Shown here piece after piece: positions 54,920 through 64,000 of a stretch of DNA of 64,000 nucleotides. The translations under genes were made by a program, and so were the position numbers. The stretch is from Eledone cirrhosa (Eukaryota). The notes below the pieces were generated by a model. The model was not told the origin of the DNA and ran no database searches. It saw only the letters and a program-made list of their open reading frames with translations. Location: the NCBI GenBank assembly GCA_964016885.1, contig OZ024743.1, positions 115,134,001 through 115,198,000 of the forward strand. The letters are read 5' to 3'. Positions within the stretch are counted from its first letter, which is position 1. Each line of letters begins with the position of its first letter.

Positions 54920-57087
54920 ACCCACACAATGGAGGAAAAAAGGCAAATTCTACCCTGAGAGGATCTGATCTAAGAGTGCAGAGAGATAGAACGAATAACA
55001 CAAATAACTGTATCCAACGTTCGAACGATGCTGCCAATTCGTTGGCCTCCTATGACGTACCTTATGTGTCCATGATTCACAAGCATGGAAGAAGGTCATT
55101 GTTGTATTAAGGGTTAGCATTTTGTTCTCCCAATATCGCATACAGATTCACAGCATCATTGTTGCTGTAGTATCGGTGCGTAAAGCTGTTCAGATATAGC
55201 GAATTGGCAGAGTTGTTAAAACGTTAGATAGAGTGCTTTGCCGTATTCGTTCCGTCTCTCAGAGTTCAAATCGCATAGAAGTCAACTTTACCTCTAATCC
55301 TTTCTAGCGTGATACATAGGTACCAGCTCATTACTGAAATCGACTCCTTGTCCATTATGACTTTCTGTCCTTCTGCCCTCTCTCTCTCTGTTTTTCGCTG
55401 GAAGAAACCGATTTTGTTCAACGCTGGAGACGAGATAAGACCCACCAAATGTCACAACGATATCCCTATGATTTCATTAGAAGTTACCGGTCTATTGTTA
55501 AGGGAGTGGTTACAAGATAGCTTAGAGGAATAATCGAGGAAGTATTTCATCAATTTTAGGGCAAGTCACCAATACAGTTATTCGTGACGAGGCCTACGTC
55601 CTGACCCAACACAGGATGTTAGTCTTCTTGGATATGATAATCAAATAAAATACGAGATGTAAGGGCAAACCATCTGATGAGTCATTTGAAGGCCTAATTG
55701 GGGAAAGATGTGAGATCGCCATCATCAGCGTATAACATTTCTCTGGTGAGCACATTTTGTATGTACTTTTATCCTTGATTGAAGACGTGCGAAGTTGAAG
55801 AACTTCTATCATATGTAATCTGTCCTGAAACACGCTACCCAACTCTCTCTTTCTCTCACACACACAGACACACACATGCACACACGCACGCACCCCTCCC
55901 ACACACAGACGTATATATATATATATATATACATACATATATATCATGAATGGCTTGATGATATATAAAGAGGAGGCAATTGGGCGTCAAGAGTCTAATT
56001 ATCCGTAATGAAATATGCAGCCAATTGAGAAGATACATATATGTCAGCTTGTATTAGTAAAAGCAAATTTTATGGAATAATTATTTCAGATACAGATATA
56101 ATTACAGGCGCACAGAATTACACACACACACACACACACACACATACAAATTACAAATACACACATACACACACGCACACATAGAGACATACCCATACAC
56201 GCACCGACACATTCACAAACACGTATACAGGCAGATGCATTTATACATACACTCACAGAGCTATACACAACACACAAACATTAAAATCACACACTGTCAC
56301 ATATACACTTTCAGACACACATACACAAACACACACTCGCACGAATATATATGTGTATTGGATTCTATTTAGCTCTGCGTCTTCAACAATAGGAATTTAA
56401 TAGACAAACACCGTTTCAACTGCTACCGGTCAAAATATTAATTCTATAAAGAGTTGCGTTTAGGAAATGATTAAAATAGCTCATATTTGAAACCAAAACA
56501 AAATCTAACACCATATATATTCACATAGGCATACATTCACGTACAGGCTTCAAATTATTAGCAATTTACAGACAGTATACGTCTATTTAAGTTTGATAAC
56601 CATGAGAAAACGAATTAGCTAGTACTTAATTAATTTGTAACACATTGTGTTGTTTAAACTAAAGATAAAATTTGATAAAGACTCTATATTGTATACTGTA
56701 CAATATAATTGGAAATAAGCAAACGAAACAGAAAGAGTAAAAGAAAAATAAATTAAGTAATGAAAGAAAGTGAAAGAGGTGGGAATGGCAGGCACTACTC
56801 TTCAGTCTGAGCGGTTTGTCTTAGCTGCGTCCCGCGAACAAAATGGAAGAAGCCAGTGTCGCGTACAACGGTGATAGAGGTGTGGCAACGTGTGGAGCAA
56901 GTTAAAATCAAGGCTATCCGGGAGGATCGTATCTGTCACATCTGCAAAAGAGTATACAGAAGGGAGGCATGTTCTCAGCTTGATTCGAGGTCTCATGACC
57001 TTTCAACACAACGTGGAAGAGATGGCCCTCTTTTGTAAAAAACGTGGCATATACATAAATATATATATTTATATATATAAACACACA

Positions 57088-57127
<40 letters not shown>

Positions 57128-57151
57128 GATATATATATACACATATATATG

Positions 57152-57185
<34 letters not shown>

Positions 57186-57198
57186 TATATATATATAT

Positions 57199-57790
57199 GA
57201 TTCCTAGCATTGATCTCTCCATGGCTCTTTGAGCTGTTACAAGCCCTGCTCTTCTCTCTTTGTTGTAGCCAAAGTTTCACTGCCATATAACATTGCAGGT
57301 AAAACTGTGCTATTGAAGAGGTTGGCGCGGGTGGTCTTGTCCAACCTCCCCTTGACACATCCCTTATGCCGTTGAACGCCTTCCATCCGGCCCTTACTCT
57401 CCGCGAGATCTCCCTCTGAATGTCTCGGCGCATGTTCATTTCTTGTCCCATGTAGACGTATTTCTCCACTTCCTCTATTTCGTTGAGAGAGCACATCAGG
57501 AGCAAAGTTATCAGACAGAAGTCCAGCGTGAGGGACGTCATCACGAAATATATACGCAACAAGTTCAGATGGGCTGGACACGTCACCCGGTTCACCGATA
57601 ATCGGTGCACCTGCGGAAACGACCACTTGGAAGGCCTCCACGAGGGTGGAGTTACGATTTTAGGAATACGCTTGGGACTACATGGATGAGGAGAGCACGA
57701 TCCAGAGAGGAATGGACGGCGTGCTGTGATCAGCGGCGCCGAATGGACGCCCGAGAGACTGGTCGGTGAAGGTGATCAAGGTGATATATA
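57199..57790 (+). mobile_element. 5'-inverted RTE insertion (57199-~57480 minus; ~57480-57790 plus)
   Basis: Minus segment: EEVEKYVYMGQ...LPAMLYGSET...QRAMERSMLGI. Plus segment: SLREHIRSKVIRQ...KFRWAGHVTRFTDNR, ending in an aaggtgat repeat tail. Confidence 0.88.
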
Positions 57791-58768
57791 TATATGAAAG
57801 ACAGCCGAATGGATGTGCATTTTCGAAACTGATTGTATGGAGTTGCATAATTGCCATATAGTTCTGCGATAATGTTGCTCTCTTCAACAATAATAAAAGA
57901 ATGGATTAAACATCTTTCATTGTTTAATATTATATAATGAATACCATACTTTGTTCATCCGAAGCAGCAATGAAGGTGAGAATATATTAGAGAGTAAGTC
58001 ATTTCACATATTTACTCACGTAATTTAGATAGTTTGTTATGTAAGTATGTTATTTAAATGAATTAAGACCGTAATTCACCGTGAATAGAATACGGCTAAC
58101 GAATGTTTTTCGCAATTATGATTTTTTTTAACATGTTACACATTATGCTATATAAGACTCGGTTATATATGATACATATAAAGTATAATCTATATATATA
58201 AAATACGTATGGTTATATAACTACTGTATTGGACGTCTTTCAAACCTCGTGGACGTGGAACCGATCTCCTCTTCAGGCTTAAATACAGCTGATTTCGTCC
58301 TGAGAAAGTGAGAGAGAGAAAGGGAGAAAGAGAAAAGGTGGTAAAGTGGACCTCGGCAACAATTGAATTCTCTGTGTAGAGAACTGGAAGGAATACTGCA
58401 AACTATTCTATCCGAAGTTCTAATCACTCAGTATATTTGGCGCTTCTACATCTTTAATATTATATAACTTCCTATCAGCCATATAAAAAAAATCAATTGC
58501 AGGAACTGATTGTGATGTCAGTATACATATTGAGTTTATTGATCAATTTTCTGCTATGGAATAAAGAAGCTTAATATGTTTAACCTCAATAAGTTTAATA
58601 TAATTCGCGGAGAGGTGTAAATGAAAATAAGATGTACAAAACGAAAATAATTACATATTAATGTTGGGTTATAGAGATATAGTTATACATAGATGTAGAT
58701 ATAAATAAAAATAACGATGCATTCATACAATTAGAAAGACACAGTTGCAGGAACACACACACACGTAT

Positions 58769-58840
<72 letters not shown>

Positions 58841-58885
58841 TGAAACGTGTGTGAGCTCCTTGGTACAGTTAGGTATATTTGGAAA

Positions 58886-58958
58886 AAAGGGAAAGGAATG
58901 ACTTAAGTTCTTTGTTAACTTCGAAGTTAACAAAGAACTTAAGTCATTATTTTCCCTT
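58886..58958. repeat. Short perfect-core palindrome
   Basis: aatgacttaagttctttgttaacttcgaagttaacaaagaacttaagtcatt with extended aaaggg/cccttt ends. A similar short hairpin lies at 25546-25600. Confidence 0.9.
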
Positions 58959-59387
58959 TATATATATACGTATATATCACACATTACATATTCAGGCATA
59001 TCGAAATACGTATGACATGTAATCTATAATTCCATGATAAAATACGCAAAAGAAATTATTCCAGAATACATATATACATTTGCACTCGTAACTTCTGATA
59101 GATTATTGGGCAGCATAGTGACATATGACCTGTCTTGGGTATTTCAAACCTGGTGGAGCCCATCTCCCATCCAGGTCTGAACACAGCTGATTTCTTCCAA
59201 TAGAGAGTAATTGAGGAGATATAGACTAAGAATCGACTCCCGTACTTCATTGGTACACTTTTATCGAAAAACGAAATTGATCTCGATGAGATTTGAAATC
59301 AGTGCATAGTAAATCTGAACGAATGCAACAGAAAATTTTATCCGACGTTCTAAAGACTGCATACTATATATGCATAGTATATATACA

Positions 59388-59792
59388 GGCACATGGCTTA
59401 GTAGTTAGAGCAGTAGGCTTGCAATCGAAAGGTTGTAGTTCAATTCTCGGACCGGGTGATGTGTTCTTTCCATGAGCAAGACACTTTATTTCAAGTTGCT
59501 CCTGTTTACTCAGCTGAAAATGAGTACCAGCAATAGCTGGAGGTTTAACCCTGTGATGGAATGGCGTCCTGTCCAGTGGGGAGTCTTGTACTCTCAGTCA
59601 CTTCACGCCATGAAACCCGGATAAGCACCAGCCAAATGAGCCTTCTGGCTTAAGACAGACTTTAGACTTACGGCCTGCCCGCCTAGCCAGTGGGATGGCG
59701 TCATCGTATGGCTAAAACAGCACCTGCTGTGACCAGCGGCGCCGAAAGGCGCCCGACCGATTGGTTGGTCAAGGTGATATCAAGGTGATATA
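59388..59792 (+). mobile_element. Full-length tRNA-derived SINE with RTE-derived tail
   Basis: A box tggcttagtagttagag, B box gttcaattc, central gagcaagacacttt...ctcagctgaaaatgagtacc. The 3' ~70 bp match 57721-57790. Confidence 0.85.
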
Positions 59793-60241
59793 TACATAAT
59801 TATCAATATTAATGTATCAATGTTACTTTTATTGATCGCCCTATACACTTTCTTTGGGTAATGTCACGTCCCTATTAAATCTGAATGCTCTAATTCAATA
59901 TTACTCCTGTTATTAAAACTAATTATTTGGCAACAAAATGATAGGTGTAAGGTTGCTGGTGGTTTAAATCTTCGAAGATTAAAACATTACAGAATATGGC
60001 CTTATTATATTTCTTATTTAAATTCATCTCATAAATTTGTCGATTAAAAATAATTCATAAATAAAAAAATAAAAAATGTGTTATTATTGTGCGAGATAGT
60101 GAGTGACCGATTCAAGACAAAGTATAATGACTTTAAACATTATATTACCATGTCGGTTAGTAAGATCATATTATACACACACACGCACTCACTCACACAC
60201 ACAGAGAACTCCCCCCATATATATATATATATATGTGTGTG

Positions 60242-60304
<63 letters not shown>

Positions 60305-60409
60305 GCATAAATATATATACATATTATATGTATATATATATTAGTAATGTTTCAGAAGATCCCGTTAAGGGTGAAAGCAGCGATTATTTGCTTAAAATTT
60401 AATCTGTTA

Positions 60410-60497
<88 letters not shown>

Positions 60498-61539
60498 GAT
60501 CTGGAAAGTGGTGATTGTTTCTAATACCTCATGATTAGCTGATCAAGTGTATATAGGGTAATTATGTGGTTTTTACATCTTACACAAAGACGCACATACA
60601 CGCATACACATACCAAGACACCTACAATGGGTGAACGGAAAATCTTCGCTATAGAAATCAACATACATAGCAGAAGTTAAAACGAGAACATGAGTTCACA
60701 GAAAATATATACCCGAATTGTTTTAAAAACCTAAAAATATAAATTTCACTCCCTTTTAATCTCATGTAAAATGAAGCACGAATCATACTACTTCATGACC
60801 GATTTTAGGGATCAAGTCTTTATACATCTAATACACTTCGCTTCCTCGTTTATGGATGCTTAATAAATTAAACAATTGCAACGGGAATATAACGGACATT
60901 GGATTGGCAGTATCGGTAGAGGGTTGGACGCTATGCTTTGCAGCATAGAGTTACATCACTTTACGGTCTGATTTCAAAACCCGCCGAGGTTAACTTTGCC
61001 TTTCATCCTTACGGGGTCCATCAAATAAAGTACCAGTAATGCAATGGAGTAATTGCTGGCATTGTGCCAAAAGTAGAAGACAATTATTTAACTGTTTCTC
61101 ATGAGGCACAAAGAGTTGGAGACAACAGTTGCATGTGAGTAATAGAAGAATACATATGGTGTCCGAAATTTAAATATATTTAAATAACTGTTGTAAACAT
61201 TTGTAAATTTAGAAATTTGAAATGTGTGTGTGTAACAATAGTTAGGACCAAAATAATGGAGAGTCACTATAAATAATAGTGTAGAAATCGAGTAACGTAT
61301 TAGTAAATATATAGCATGATGTGTCTTTCTCATTAACGTGAGAATGGATTTGTTGTAAGATTTATCTCCCTTCCAAAAGAAACTTCCAAAATCCCAGTAA
61401 GAATGAAGGTACTCGTACAAACACACACACACACACACCCATACACACACACACTCTCTCTCACGTACACACATACACACACAAACACACACTCTCTCTC
61501 TCTCACGTACACACATACACACACAAACATATATATATG

Positions 61540-61607
<68 letters not shown>

Positions 61608-61611
<4 letters not shown>

Positions 61612-62143
61612 TATGTATACGTACATACATATTTGTACACAGACGTACAGTAGTATGTATATATATATACATACATGCACACATATATATATGTACGTAT
61701 GGATTCACCGAACATTTATTATAATGCTCGGTGTGTTTGTAAACAAACATCCCGAATTAAGCCGTACAGTGTCTAGCAACCATCGTTGCTCATTTGTTCA
61801 ACACTGACAAAGGAACGCTGTACTAGTTTCAAGCTTATTAGCTATCGTCAGCAACGTATACCTTCCTGCCAAATTGTTGAACGTCTGAAAGTATAAACTT
61901 TCCTTATGTATATTGACGGCTCAGCAGCCTAATTTGCATATCGAGTGAGTTAATCGGCCGGGGTACCGAAAACGATAAACGGAAAAAATGAAACGAAATT
62001 TCATTTCTCACTCTTAGTACGGCTGTTACTTAAATATAAGTATGTATACGTACATACATATATGTATACAGACGTACAGTAGTATGCATATATATACATA
62101 CATGCACACATATATATATGTACGTATGGATTCACCGAACATT

Positions 62144-62150
<7 letters not shown>
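61608..62150 (-). mobile_element. Family A element in partial-tandem form (hammerhead at 61815-61857)
   Basis: 61608-61720 is repeated at 62035-62150. Core matches the other family A copies. Confidence 0.75.
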
Positions 62151-62202
<52 letters not shown>

Positions 62203-63078
62203 CACTGAATTATATATATGGCTAAGTACATAGTTCAATACTTCAGGGATTTAGCCAAAATTAAATTTCATTTAATTAACATTCTAACCCTAATGAGAAT
62301 AAAACATTTAGTTTAATCAATACTTATTCCCAGAAGATGCAAAGAAGTGATCCGAAATATTTATGAACCAAAATTTAAATTGAAAAACGCAGGTTGGCTT
62401 AGTGAGATGTCGATCTTTGGCAGTCACAATGGTAACTCTTGACATATTTTGCCTTTATTTTGCCTCAGGATCGAAGTGCAGTCTTTCAAAGACTCCGAGG
62501 ACATTCACTGATTAGTTAAAATAAATTAATGACATTTGCGAAATTTCCAAATATGATATTCTGTCTGAAGAACATATATTTAAGTGTTGGCTAGATGGCT
62601 TGATTAAATAAGGTGGGAAACCGAAAATATATTATCATTAATTGACATTTACAACATGCATGAGAAGAAGGTTTTAACATTAATGGAAATTTTATTTCAT
62701 AAACGCCAAGATTAATATACAGGGCATTAACTCTAACATACCTTTCTATATAAAGTAGTTGACTTTGTACACACACACATATATATATATATATTTTCAA
62801 TCACTTATATTTTTATTGTTTGACCCGAATTACTTGGTCGTTTCTTTGGCTGTGCGGATGATTTGTTTAACCACCGTCTCAGTGGATTTGGCCCTTAACG
62901 TAGTTGTAGCTCTGATTCATCTGAATCATCGAGCGCTTGCCACACATCTCGTAAGTTGTTTTTCGTTAATTTCTAAGCCGAAATACGAATCTCGCTAATT
63001 TATATTTATATATACATATATATAGATTAAATATATATATACACAGACACGCAAATACACACACACACACACACACAC

Positions 63079-63108
<30 letters not shown>

Positions 63109-63109
<1 letters not shown>

Positions 63110-64000
63110 CTAGCAGCAGTACCCAGCGTTGCCTGGGTAGGTAAAATAATATCTGTTTTGATGAAAAGGTGTTGATCTTAGCGACTGCGCGTTTCTTGAA
63201 AATTGGTCGTAAGTTGTAGCAAATGGCGAAATGTTGAGTGACATCGTATGGAATATGTAGGAGGTGGAAAAAATCGTATTTTGAAGAGTTAAACGGCTGC
63301 CACACCGTCCCTGAACAGAAAAATGCAAAGTATAAAGCTACTATAAAATGTGCAATGATAGGTTCTATCGTAGTATAGAAGTTAAACGAAATAAATTGAT
63401 TTATGTGTGAGGTGGAGCTGAAGTTACGAATTTGAACGAAATCGCTTGAAAAATGTGGGAGCTAGAGCCGAAAAGGCGGAAATTTGAGCGAAAAGGTGGT
63501 ATTTTCGAATATTTAAGCGGCTGCCACGCCGTTCCTGAACAAAAAATCCAGAATGTAAAGCCACTTTAAGACGTGAAATAATCAGATCTAGCGTAGTGTA
63601 AAATTTGAACAAAGTAGGTTGATTAATATGGGAGCTAGAGACGAAAAAGTGGAAATTTGAGTCTAAAAGTGGTATTTTTGAATATTTAAGCGGCTGCCAC
63701 GTCGTCCCTGAACAACAAATGCAAAACATAAAGCCATTACAGGATGTGCAATGATAAATTCTATTTTGCTTTAAAATTTGAACGAAATCGGTGGCAAAAT
63801 GTGGGAGCTAGTGCCAAAAATCTTATTTTTCGATACCTAAAAAAAGGTGACCACCCCTATCGATTTTTATCTGCAGAATGGCTCCAGAATAAAAAAAAAA
63901 CGATACGCTGATATATATATAAAAACACTCCCCGATGACTAATCTATGAGCCTGTAATGGTTCATGAAAATCAGTCGTAGGATGTAGGCCCCTATAGGTA
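63109..64000 (+). mobile_element. Non-autonomous Helitron/Helentron-like element with internal tandem repeats
   Basis: Starts actagcagcagt-acccagcgttgcctgggt (subterminal hairpin) right after a TA tract. Three ~180-200-bp units contain cggctgccac.c.gt.cctgaac. The ttcatgaaaatc.gtc motif lies near the window end. Confidence 0.55.

Noticed and set aside
59388-59460. tRNA gene
   Set aside because: The tRNA-like head continues into a SINE body and LINE-derived tail, and the cloverleaf is imperfect.

Overview
AT-rich, microsatellite-saturated animal genomic DNA. The dominant tRNA-derived SINE looks octopod, which is an inference from recalled family similarity. One host gene is supported: a minus-strand Cys-loop anion channel (glycine-receptor/GluCl-like). 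Three phase-compatible exons are visible: 35064-35146 (Cys-loop), 31949-32086 (loop B to loop C) and 26972-27345 (TM1-TM3). The N-terminal exons were not found and probably lie beyond 64000; the TM4 exon was not confidently located. Everything else is intron or intergenic sequence filled with retroelements: a CR1/L2-group LINE 5' half, an R4/Dong-RTE chimera, a Tx1/L1 element, a Penelope element, many RTE fragments, SINEs and a Helitron-like element. The most striking unexplained structure is a population of short non-coding elements from several sequence-distinct families. They sit in (TA)n tracts, are usually arranged as fold-back inverted pairs or partial tandems, and carry minimal hammerhead-ribozyme motifs like the one in the autonomous Penelope element's terminal repeat. 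Most short ORFs in the supplied track are microsatellite artefacts. All alignments and folds were done by eye; boundaries of decayed elements are approximate.
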